Source: Nemertoderma westbladi | Lineage: Eukaryota; Animalia; Xenacoelomorpha | Direction of reading: 5' to 3' | Assembly: GCA_032718475.1 (NCBI GenBank) | Contig: JAUCBJ010003958.1 | Coordinates: 1 to 34,496, forward strand | Length of the DNA: 34,496 bases | Shown: positions 24,561 through 34,496 of the stretch, in pieces | How positions within the stretch are numbered: the stretch's first letter is position 1 | Layout: each line of letters opens with the position of its first letter | Made by a program: the position numbers and the translations under genes | Notes under the pieces: generated by a model | The model's input: only the letters and a program-made list of their open reading frames with translations | What the model was told of the DNA's origin: nothing | The model's database searches: none

Positions 24561-24805
24561 TGCTCCCCTACCAGCTCTAGCGATCGATGAGAGTTGACGG
24601 GCGAAGAGGAGAAAGGCGTATCAGAGCAAGAAATAGAGGATCGGGATATTCCAGGAACATTTATATTGAACATTTATTTTTATATATATATATATTAACT
24701 CTAGGCCAAATTAATCAAGACTATGCAATATTAAAATTTTGGGTTTTTTATATGGGAAATGACCTACGCAAACTCGATCTACCGATAGACCTCACGAAGG
24801 TCATT

Positions 24806-24814
24806 GGTGGGGAC
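24806..24814 (+). other. Polypurine tract of the BEL/Pao element
   Basis: ggtggggac immediately before the TG start of the 3' LTR. Confidence 0.6.
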
Positions 24815-24993
24815 TGTTCGCGGTATTTCAACTTTTCCTAATGCGAGTTGAATATTTTTTGGATTTATTTAAAATGATTATTCTGATATCACTACTGGGT
24901 GCGGGAACATGGGTTTTGGGCACACTCAATGAACTGGGGGCGATTTATGGGCGAATATTGGGGCGACTTACAGGGTACGGGACTCATTTCATG

Positions 24994-25000
24994 TATATAA
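24994..25000 (+). promoter_or_regulatory. Candidate LTR TATA box
   Basis: TATATAA about 180 bp into the LTR, followed 25-35 bp later by cagt/tcag initiator-like sequence. Confidence 0.55.
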
Positions 25001-25785
25001 GGGCCAGGGGTGGGAGACAAAGTTAAGCAGTATTCAGGTTTACCTGATTACTATTAGGCCTAGCCAACTTCCTGCTGTCTGTAGAGGTGGATTTGGTAAC
25101 TCGCTAGGTCTAAAGGACAAGGACTGCCCTTAGCGGGGGTGCATGTAAAGAGCGGACTGCGGACTGGCGGACTACGGACTGGGGATTGCCAAAATCCACG
25201 CGGTCAATTTGAATCATCGACTTCCAAACTAAGAATCCGCTCTTTGTTGTCTGGACAAATGGCGGACTGAAGCCGGTAAATTGTAACCTGATTGGCTCAA
25301 TCATGTACATAGGCTGAAGCTGAAAGGGAACTTAACGAATGAATCATCCCATTTGGCTTTTAAATGTTTACCATTGTGCAACACTGTAATACAGGAAATA
25401 ATTATCCTATACAGTAATTACGTTGACTGTTGATTAAGGGCCTACTATATAATCAACATTCTACGGATTTTCAGATTATTTAGGGCCTATTTCAATAAAT
25501 ATTTTTATATACTTCCTGCCTTTAGAGTTTATGTCACAGTTGTCTGTTCACAAATATAAAAGAGCGAATATTCGGACATCCTAAGCGCAGGAGCTGGGGG
25601 AAGGGGGTGTGGATCTATAAATAGCATCCAATAGCAGGACGCATCTAATTACTGGCATTTAATTCTGTCCAAATTTTTATGACAGCCTTAAAATGAAAAC
25701 CACGAACACCTGATCGGCTAGTGCTTTTTTAATGCTTTTTTAGAGTGGACTGTGATATCCTACATATCTGACATACGATTAACTG

Positions 25786-26064
25786 GGCCCATGTGAAGTA
25801 TACCAGACTTTCTGCCGTTATATTTCACTTTGCAGTTACCCCCATGTGAAGAATACCAGGTTTTCACCAAAAATACAGGTTACAGAAGGGCTGAATCTAA
25901 CCAAAACAATAAACAAATTAGTATAATATGTACAGGTTATAAGACAGAAATAAGCGATATAAAACACTTAATAAAGATAAATTAAAAAAAATAAAAAATC
26001 TTCATATATAAAATTCCAAAAAAAGTCGACCGAAAAGTGAAATCCTGGTATTCTTCACATGGGC
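25786..26064. mobile_element. Nested ~280-bp MITE
   Basis: cccatgtgaagWataccag at 25788 and 25841, inverted copy at 26044-26063; flanked by direct repeat cgattaactg (25776-25785, 26064-26073). Confidence 0.65.
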
Positions 26065-26389
26065 GATTAACTGTGGGGCGAGCAACGTAAGTCCAGGTGA
26101 GCCTTAGCATATGGGTAGAAGTGGTGGACCCGTCTGTCGTAGTCGTTGTCATCGTCGGAAATGTTTGAACGCTAATAAGTCGGTCAATCTTGGAAAAATA
26201 ACGTTTCACTACTAACTAGTATGTTTATGTACGACTAATATGTTTCAATTATGTTCCAATTTTGTTTCAACTAACAGAGACAATAGTGGCAGTACGAGCA
26301 AACCTCCCCCCCCCCCTTTTTTTTTTTTGGACGACCCCAACGTAAAAACTTTTAATTAAAGTAACAAGCAAACAAGGAATATCTTATAA

Positions 26390-26520
26390 GGTCGCGGTTC
26401 ACACCTTTAAGCAATAAGCATAACTCGACTTCGGCAGCAGAAGTACATACTACAGTAGTCCCAAAGTCTGCATCCAAAGTAGAGTTACGAATGAATCATG
26501 CTTAAAAGAGTGAACCGGCC
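26390..26520. mobile_element. Small palindromic MITE, PIF/Harbinger-like termini
   Basis: ggtcgcggttcacacctttaagca ... tgcttaaaagagtgaaccggcc with inner arms taactcgacttcgg / ccaaagtagagtta; TAA and TTA flanks do not form a perfect TSD. Confidence 0.5.
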
Positions 26521-29256
26521 TTAACCTGAGAGATTTTATTGAAAGTTCAAGAGTTCTTCCTATTGCCTACATAATAGGTTTTCAAAATAATAGGTTTCCA
26601 TCTCTGTGTCACAATGAAAACATTTAAGCCAATAAGAGGATTCAGGAAAGTTCCCTTTGGGCCTATGTAAATGATTGAGCCAATCAGGTTAAAATTTTCT
26701 GGCTTCAGTCCGCCGTTTGTCCAGACAACAAAGAGCGGATTCTTACATTATAATGCTATAATTCAAATTGACCGCGCATATTTGGGCTTTTAATTGACAA
26801 TCCGCAGTCCGTAGTCCGCAGTCCGCAGTCCGCTCTTTACATGCACCCCCCTTAGCGGTCCCTGGCCAACAGCAGTTATTATGAGCCTGAAAGGGACATC
26901 GGAAAGTCTGCTGCTTGTGTCAGGGATTTGCGACGGGAAAAGACGACAGACTCCTAGCCAAGCTGTACTGGTTCTCGATGATCTATCCCTTCGGGGTTCG
27001 GGAGGGGTGTTACGGACATGCGAAAGGGTCGACCGACTAACAGAGGAAGGGTTTGACGAGGACTGCCCTTAGCGGTCCCTGGTCAACAGCAGTTATTACG
27101 AGCCTGAAAAGGACATCGGAAAGTCTGCTGCTTGTGCCAGGGATTTGCGACGGGAACCGACGACAGACCCCTTAGCCAAGCCGTACTGGTTCTCGATGAT
27201 CGATCCCTTCGGGGTTCGGGAGGGGTGGGACGGACACGCAACGGGGTCGGAAGACAAAGGACTGGACTCTACTGGCCTACCGACTGTTCGGAGCAGTTTC
27301 TCGGCTGCCGAAGCGACTACGAGCCTGAATAAGGACTCGGAAAGCCTAGGTGCTTGGGTCTCTGCGATGAACCGACGGACCCCTAGCCAAGCCGTACTGG
27401 TTCTCGATGATCGATCCCTTCGGGGTAAGGGAGGGGTGGGACGGACACGCGAATGGGTCCACCGACATGACAGACTCCTAGCCAAGCCGTACTGGTTCTC
27501 GATGACCGATCCCTTCGGGGTTCGCGAGGGGTGGTACGGATACGCGACAGAGTCTACCGACTGGACCGACCCTTAACCAAGCCGTACTGGTTCCTGATGA
27601 CCGATCCCTTCGGGGTTCGGGAAGGGTGGTACGGACACGCAACAGGGTCGACCGACACCGACACTACGGCACCAAGACTAGGACCGAGGGAAAATCGGGG
27701 AACATTAGTTAGGCTAAAATCTGAGCGAACAGTGTGTAAAAGCCTTTGCTGAATTGCCCCGTTATTTTTATTATTTTTTACATTAAAATACTCTGTAGTT
27801 GATTTAATAGGTGTAAGAGACCGTATTATTGCTGTATCGGTGTTTTTTAGAGGATCTAAGAGCTATTTCCTCCGTATGTGTACTGTGAAAGGCATAGTTG
27901 ATGATTCTATGGCAATTCCGTGACGCAAAAGGTGATAGCTACTCTTGAACAGTAGTTACTATGACGACGGTTAACAGCTGATATTCATACGTGTCGATTT
28001 TCTTTGTTCTACGGCGTCTCTCAGTTCAGTCAGCCAATCAGAGCATTTTTATGGCTCTTGTACAGAAATTTCCTAGAAATCACGCAATGCATTATGGGCA
28101 GTGTTTACTTTCTGTCCTGAGCCAGGAGAGAGCGGCTTGGGAATATTTTGTGCTTTTCTGTTTTAGCCTAACACTAGTAGGCTTAATTATAAGGACATAT
28201 ATCCGTTATCAAACCTGACCTCACACTGGCCACTGGTTAACTGGCCCATACTCAATCAACGCAACATACCTAATCTAATATACCTGTGCATACTTTTATA
28301 TTGTTATACTGCTATTTACTGTCGGTTCTTCATAATATGGTTGATGAATTATTATATTTGGAATAACGATAAATAACCCCGAAAACCCAATATTCTTGAT
28401 ATACCGAAGGTAAGAGAGAAAGGTTACATATAACGATTGTGACTTATGTTAAAGTGGTTTGAAGTGAATCTAATGTTATTTGATAGACCCTACATGATTC
28501 GGTCCGTGTTCCTTTTATATGTGACTAAAATCAGTGAAGATCGGCAGATCAGTGTGCAGTATTGTGCAGCATTGTGTATGAGTGAGACTGATAACGAAGC
28601 ATTTCCTAAAGAATGCGCCATATATGTGAATTGTAACTAAGCCATATCGTTGTGAGTAGTTTAAGTCATAACTCTGTTTATATAGATAGAGCGCCACGTC
28701 CTAAAGGAACTGTTAATATTCCCCGAAGGTGAATAATATTGTCAGAGATTATATAATACTGTCAGTCGAATAATACATTAGGCTTACATAGCAATACGAT
28801 TAAGCCGTCGAACCCAATCTCCCGGGTATATCCAGCGGGTGAATGATCGCGCACCGATTGGTTTCGACTAGTGTAGTGAATCAAATACTTGTCAGAGGCT
28901 AAAAGTGATTTATTATCTAGAAGACATCCTAATTTGGCGGGTTAAACTCCCAAAGGTCTGAAAGCGCGAACAATAACGGATATAGCTTCTGTATTGCAGT
29001 AGGCAATAAAGCTGAAGTACCGGCAACCGGTACCCAGTAGGCCTGACTACCTAACCACCCGGACCGGTACATACAGCAGTACAGGTACAGCAGTATTATT
29101 CGATTTTGATAATTATATACCGGTAGGCCTTAATAATTAATCAGGGACTGCAGCCCTGGTTTTTTATTGAGATTTTTACTTATTTCTGTCAAGTTTTATT
29201 TGCTTGTAGGCCAGTATTGAACAGAAGGCGTGTAAGCCTGATCAGATTGTACAGAC

Positions 29257-29825
29257 AATTTGTAGGCTGAGCTGTTGTCTGATTGTTGTTAAGTCTGAAC
29301 GGATTGCAGTGTGTGTAGATCATCTGTCCGATAAAGAACGGTTAGGAAGTAGGGGCAGCCAAAGCTGTAAGGTAAACCCCCATCTAAAGAATAAGTCGTA
29401 CTACTGGGTTAGAACGCATACTACCTAACCATTTCGGAGTCTGCATATCCTGTAGTTTATTTAGGCTTGAGAGTAGTCTGCCATCGTCTAGTCTGTACTT
29501 TGTTTGTGTGGTCTGTACAGGTAGCGTATAATATTTATTTAGATAATTTGTAGGCTGGATAGTTGTCTGGCTGTTATTAGGTCTGAAGGATTGCAGTGTG
29601 TGTAGAGCCTCTGTCCGATAAAGAACGGCTAGGAAGTAGGGGCAGCCAAAGCTGTAAGGTAAACCCCCATCTAAAGAATAAGTCGTACTACTGGGTTAGC
29701 ACGCATACTACCTAACCATTTCGGAGTCTGCATGTCCTGTAGTTTATTTAGGCTTGATAGTAGTCTGTCAGTATTTAGTCTGCATTTTGTTTGAGTAGTT
29801 TGTACGCGTAGCGTAATATTTATTA
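29257..29825 (+). repeat. Tandem duplication with 288-bp period upstream of the second gag
   Basis: aatttgtaggctg at 29257 and 29545; near-identical central ~150 bp. Confidence 0.9.
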
Positions 29826-30765
29826 TTCAGAGTTTATGCGATTATTCGCAACATTCATTCCCCAAGTTTGTTCCTACGGTAATTGTGTTTGTTATACATA
29901 CCGCTATAGTTAAATTAACCCCGGTACTACACGGGCTGCTTGGCGTAGGTAAAGACTGGTGATTTTGTGCACCGGTCACTCCAGCAGATGCCGTGGTTCT
30001 TTTAGCTGTTCAAGTATATTTAACTACTGATTATATGTTGTACAAGTACTCGTACCTAATTTAGGGTTTAGTGTACAGTGCTTTCCGAAAGTAATTAGTG
30101 TAGACATTATATTTGTGTTGTAAAGTGGTTGATAGGCACGTTCGATTAGCTCTATTAACTTCTAGGTAGGAACACTCCGTGATACATAACGTAGTACCTA
30201 TAGCGATACGGCTATAGGTCGTCAGGCGGTGGTATTTTCCTATCTGGACAACGCAGTGTATTTACTACTACGTATTATTTTCAAATACCGCAGTACCCTG
30301 TCCGTTGTAATAACCAGAATTCTAACCCTTTGTTAGGCTGGTTTGTAGACTTCTTGTAAAATTACCCTGAAAATTCGTATTTTGTGTTTTTTGTAAATTT
30401 TTGTGTTTATTTAGAGATCGTAATCTCACCCGAATTGTACGTAATTTGTAGTATTAAGTAACTTAGGTAAATTAGCATTATTTGTTTTAGTGTCCTATAA
30501 GTAACACTTCACTGAAAGCGCACCGCTTTGTGTAGTAATTACTCCCCAGAAATAATAACATTTATTTCAAACATTGACAAAACCCATTAAAACGGGTATA
30601 TATATATATTATAAATCAAATCTAACGATTTATAAATAGCAGGCCTACCATACAACCATTAGGTCTCAATATCAGTTGGATTACTGCTCAAATAACAGTA
30701 ATAAAGTAAGTAAAGTAACCAAGTATCCCTAAAATTCAGAAATTCAATTATTTAAAATAATTGAT

Positions 30766-31011
30766 ATACCGGTATTTACGATAGGCCTATTATCTTTATT
30801 TCTATAAATTTAGGCTGAAATTATACCGGTACTTGTAATTAATTCTAGTCTAGAATTATATATACTACAAACTGTAAGCTGTATACCGGTATTCCCGATA
30901 GGCCTATTATATATTTATATATCTTTGTGCTAAAATTATACCGGTATTCTGTGATAAACCTAGTCTGTAATAATACTTATATAGTTATATATACTATAAG
31001 CATACCGGTAT
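30766..31011. repeat. Degenerate ~60-bp repeat with five palindromic TACCGGTA cores
   Basis: ATACCGGTA at 30766, 30823, 30883, 30938 and 31002. Confidence 0.75.
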
Positions 31012-31146
31012 TCTAATATATTATATATATCACGCTACACTGAGTAGCAGTATCGGTAATTAATTACTAGGCTAGCAGTTAACACTGAATTACTAGACTT
31101 GCTTAGACTGTAATATAGCGGTAGACATTCAACTGTGTAAACAAAC

Positions 31147-34100
31147 ATGTCTGATACTAAGCAGAACCTGTCAGACAGTTTATTAGATGTAACTATCTGC
31201 GACTCAGATAAAGGTGTAGAACCGTCTACACCTAAGTTCAGTTCACCTCCCACTGTGAGGAAGGTCATCCCTCCAGTAGTAATAACAGAACCTAGGCTGG
31301 TCCAACATCGTAGGTCTATCATAGGCACTCGAGCTCAGGTCAAGCGGGACCAAGAAGCAGCGGAACAGCAACAACCCGCGAGCCAAGAACTTATTTCCCA
31401 GCGGCCCGACAGCTCCAGTAGTGAAGATACTGTAGAACTGACACCCGAGCGCGGAGCAAGGATGACGGATGCGGTTTATTCGGATCCCCTTCTCATCCTT
31501 CCTGCAGCCGTACTCACTAGGCTATTGATCGCGGTGGAAGAACACCAGATCGATTGGGCGAGAAGTAAGCGCTCAACTAAAGATAGTTATGCGGGATACA
31601 CAAAGGAAGAACTGAAATCTATGGTCGAGTCGCAATGGAACTTCCCCGGACCCGGACTCCCGTTTGATTTATCAGAAGCTGCCTGGGAAGACATACACCG
31701 GATGGGAGTAGCCAAGGAAACCATCGATCCAGCTGTGTGGAAGAGGTCCGCAGCCGGATACGCACAGGGATTCTTCAGCTCTATGGAGCGAGTAGAAAAA
31801 CAACTGTTACAACAACCTCAAGGACCTCAAGAGCAGGGACAACTGCTTTATCAAGTTAGAGAAAGAATTCTGCGAATTAGGCTAATATTATCAGCCTTTG
31901 AAGAGGCTTCTAAAAGAAGACAAGACACGTCGTTGCAAGTTGCCGTAAAGACTTGGTTTCAACGGGTGAGTCGCCAGGTTCAAGGAACAGCTCAGTGGAA
32001 AGATCAGCTGGAGGAGCGCTCAACCCATGGAGAATCAACAGACGCTACTTTTTCCCAAGTGGAAAGTGAAGCGACGGCAGAGAAACCGCATAAGAGGGAT
32101 GCCATTGACATCTATCTGTCAGACTATCAACGTTTTGTAGGAGATGAAGAGTTGAGGAGAAGACTAGAGGGGCTTAGCCCTAATAGTGAAGGAGCCCAGC
32201 TTGTGTTGGACGCAATTGATGTGGATAGGTTAGCGGCGAACCAAGCTAAATTCGATGAACAACTCCGCATCGCTAGAGACCAAGAAGAAAGGGTTAAGAA
32301 AAAACGCATAGAAGACAGAAAGAAAGCAGCAGTAGCAGCTGCAGAAGCCGAAAGGAAGGCAGCCGAAGAGGAAAGTAAGGCAGCCGAAGCGGAAAGAAAA
32401 GCGGCAGCGGCAGAGGCAGAAGCGAAAAGAAAAGCAGCCGAAATGGAAAGAAAAGCAGCCGAAATGGAAGGAAAAGCAGCCGAAATGGAAAGAAAAGCGG
32501 CAGCGGCAGAGACAGAAGCGAAAAGAAAGGCAACCGAAATGGAAAGAAAAGCGACAAAGGCAGCGGCAGAAGCGGAGCGGATAGCGGCTGAAGAGATTGC
32601 CCAATTGGAATTGGAAAATATTCAGGAGAATCAAGACTGCATAAATAAACAGTTAACAGCTAGTAATATGCAGATGATGAATCGATCTACTCCCAAAAGA
32701 CAGGGATATACATCATCTGAGGAAGGCGATACCACCGACACTGAAGGCAAAGGAAATAGATCTCATCTAAGCAGACGCAAAAGAACATTCCACCGTCAGA
32801 AATTGCCTGATTTGCCTCCAGCTGTTAGAAGGCAACTAAATAACACCAACTTAGGTAGTACAGAACCCACAGACCAAATAATTACAATAGAGAGACTCCC
32901 TACTATAGTAGATGAGCCTGAAATAATTAGGCCTGTTCCCGAAGCCACCCTTTCGGTCGTAGAGACACCTGTACTCCCTGAACCTACTTCTCAATTCCCT
33001 TTGCACAGCACTAAGCTACCTGTGCCCAGCAGAACAGTCCGTGAGACAGTTCATACCCTGGACTCCGAGCGAAATATTCATGATTTGTCGCCCGTTGTCC
33101 CTCGTCCGCCCGCTACAACGTTGGCGAATCCCGCTTCGGCGGTCGAATGGGTGGATGAGAGACGACGGGGGATGGATCTCCTGCTCGGACAGATGCAGGA
33201 GACTGTTCAACAATTCAAAGGCACAGTAAGGGAAAGTAGGCTAGAGTTGCAAGAAGTGCAGCAAAGTATCGCGCTAGAACGCGATAAATTAGTAAATACA
33301 CAAAGGGGTATACCACCACCCCCTGTAACAATGTGTCAACCTGTTAGGTCTGAAGTATCTCATGCGCAAGGTGTGGAGCCTACACGCATCTATACTGCTA
33401 GCGAAGTAGAAACTCCTATAGTGAACCCTATTAAGGGTAATTATAGACCTGTTGATAATGATATTCCCTATAGACCAGATCATAATCCGAGAAATTTATA
33501 TACCGATAACTCAATATTAAATAACACGATGGCCCAAGAAAGTTTTACGCATCAAATGGCTAGAACCGAAGCCCGGCAAGCGGTAAAGGTGGGAGAGATC
33601 GTCAAGTTCAATGGAGATGAGATGAAATGGTTACCTTTTAATGAATATTACAAAGATAACATACAGAACTCTGTGCTATCTAATGGAGAGAAACTTAGAT
33701 TCCTCATCGAGTGCTTGGAAGGATCTCCAAAGTTAATGGCGTTAAAGTTTATTGGACATCCAGACGGATTAAGACAAGTTTGGGATACACTAAACATCAG
33801 GTATGGTAATAGGAATAACATAGCTGGGTATTTGTATGCAAAGTTGGTATCGCCCCGAAAGTTTATTAGCAGCGGAATTATAGAGTTTTTCTATGAGATT
33901 CAGGAGATCTGTAGACAATTAGATTGGCTAGGTAAGTCTCATGAGTATCAGAATGCTATGGTTATTAGAGCAGTGGCTTCTACTTTACCGAAGGGTGGAG
34001 TAGGTACACGCTGGGATAAGAAAGTGTTATATATGATGGAACAACAACGACGAGACCCTACCATGGCTGATCTCATGTCATTCCTAGATGGAGAAGTGAA

Positions 34101-34496
34101 ATTACAGCTCCTGAAACTGTCCAGAGAGAAGACACCGGAAAACAAGGTAAGTGAAAAACCCGTCTCTAGGAGAAAGGTAACACCAGTGTGTTATACAGAC
34201 GACGCCGAAAGCCAGACTTCTCAAGGAGAAGATAGCGGGAAAGACACTGATAGATCTTATTACGTAAATAAAATGCCTAAAGATCAGGTAAGTAAATTCA
34301 AGTCTCGAACAAATGACAGGAGAGAACAGGTAAGAAAAACTCCTCCTACGTCTCCCAAGAGAATTCAGGTGAGAAAGCCCGAAGAAAAAGCAAGTGTACA
34401 CAATGTGACTCAGAGTAAGGTGAGTAACATCAAACCGAAATGTGCGCTATGTGACGGGACCCATCGCTTAAAGATGTGTGATGAATTTCTAAAGAA
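31147..34496 (+). CDS. Gag(-pol) of a second BEL/Pao retrotransposon; open to the window edge (>1100 codons), missed by the ORF track
   Basis: Manual translation from ATG 31147 shows no stop. DUF1759-like EIVKFNGDEMKWLPF...EKLRFLIECLEG...WDTLNIRYGN near 33595-33810; zinc knuckle CALCDGTHRLKMC at 34441-34479. Confidence 0.9.
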   Translation, partial: MSDTKQNLSDSLLDVTICDSDKGVEPSTPKFSSPPTVRKVIPPVVITEPRLVQHRRSIIGTRAQVKRDQEAAEQQQPASQELISQRPDSSSSEDTVELTPERGARMTDAVYSDPLLILPAAVLTRLLIAVEEHQIDWARSKRSTKDSYAGYTKEELKSMVESQWNFPGPGLPFDLSEAAWEDIHRMGVAKETIDPAVWKRSAAGYAQGFFSSMERVEKQLLQQPQGPQEQGQLLYQVRERILRIRLILSAFEEASKRRQDTSLQVAVKTWFQRVSRQVQGTAQWKDQLEERSTHGESTDATFSQVESEATAEKPHKRDAIDIYLSDYQRFVGDEELRRRLEGLSPNSEGAQLVLDAIDVDRLAANQAKFDEQLRIARDQEERVKKKRIEDRKKAAVAAAEAERKAAEEESKAAEAERKAAAAEAEAKRKAAEMERKAAEMEGKAAEMERKAAAAETEAKRKATEMERKATKAAAEAERIAAEEIAQLELENIQENQDCINKQLTASNMQMMNRSTPKRQGYTSSEEGDTTDTEGKGNRSHLSRRKRTFHRQKLPDLPPAVRRQLNNTNLGSTEPTDQIITIERLPTIVDEPEIIRPVPEATLSVVETPVLPEPTSQFPLHSTKLPVPSRTVRETVHTLDSERNIHDLSPVVPRPPATTLANPASAVEWVDERRRGMDLLLGQMQETVQQFKGTVRESRLELQEVQQSIALERDKLVNTQRGIPPPPVTMCQPVRSEVSHAQGVEPTRIYTASEVETPIVNPIKGNYRPVDNDIPYRPDHNPRNLYTDNSILNNTMAQESFTHQMARTEARQAVKVGEIVKFNGDEMKWLPFNEYYKDNIQNSVLSNGEKLRFLIECLEGSPKLMALKFIGHPDGLRQVWDTLNIRYGNRNNIAGYLYAKLVSPRKFISSGIIEFFYEIQEICRQLDWLGKSHEYQNAMVIRAVASTLPKGGVGTRWDKKVLYMMEQQRRDPTMADLMSFLDGEVKLQLLKLSREKTPENKVSEKPVSRRKVTPVCYTDDAESQTSQGEDSGKDTDRSYYVNKMPKDQVSKFKSRTNDRREQVRKTPPTSPKRIQVRKPEEKASVHNVTQSKVSNIKPKCALCDGTHRLKMCDEFLK

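Larger units (their letters stand above)
25136..26849. mobile_element. Non-autonomous DNA transposon with ~200-bp imperfect TIRs (Mutator-like)
   Basis: Ends GGGGTGCATGTAAAGAGCGGACTGCGGACT...AGTCCGCAGTCCGCTCTTTACATGCACCCC. TSD is ccttagcg (8 bp) or cccttagcgg (10 bp) depending on the TIR boundary. The empty site is visible in the 5' LTR at 13414-13423. No transposase ORF. Confidence 0.88.
13305..27731 (+). mobile_element. BEL/Pao-family LTR retrotransposon, decayed, with an extra 3' ORF and nested insertions
   Basis: Two homologous LTRs, Gag (DUF1759-like, CCHC knuckles)-PR-RT(YVDD)-RH(FSDAS)-IN order, Pao-type motifs (NPADLSSRG, GVDCFGP, YSDNGTNFVG, LTPNHLLG, RPIQRLCLL). Confidence 0.95.
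24815..27731 (+). repeat. 3' LTR (~1.2 kb) interrupted by a ~1.7 kb DNA transposon
   Basis: Perfect 7-bp terminal inverted repeat TGTTCGC...GCGAACA; homologous to 13305-14296. Confidence 0.92.

Noticed and set aside
27812-28788. Solo LTR (TGTAAG...CTTACA)
   Set aside because: Flanks tagg/tagc are not a perfect TSD, there is no PBS and no second copy in the window; the LTR boundaries of the second BEL element could not be defined.
32230-32634. Minus-strand Cys/Phe-rich ORFs, and other antisense ORFs over gag-pol
   Set aside because: Antisense shadows of the plus-strand reading frames, including the E/A/K repeat.

Overview
Eukaryotic (probably invertebrate) genomic DNA. It appears to be intronic sequence of a minus-strand host gene; two phase-compatible exons are visible at 3995-3839 and 268-1, ending in a Thr/Pro-rich tail. 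The small intron holds an inverted pair of tRNA-headed elements, each carrying a minimal hammerhead ribozyme, plus RTE-clade LINE debris. Next come a ~9 kb array of a 26-bp satellite and a decayed BEL/Pao LTR retrotransposon (13305-27731) with nested CRE-like LINE and DNA-transposon insertions. The window ends in the long, open gag of a second BEL/Pao element. The most unusual part is the first BEL/Pao element. It has a DEDDy (WRN/EXD/RNase D-like) 3'-5' exonuclease-like ORF where env would sit, and two independent arrays of repeated RNA hairpins whose stems covary between copies: one fills most of the LTR downstream of the TATA box, the other lies between pol and the exonuclease ORF. All structure and domain calls were made by eye, with no folding or database searches.
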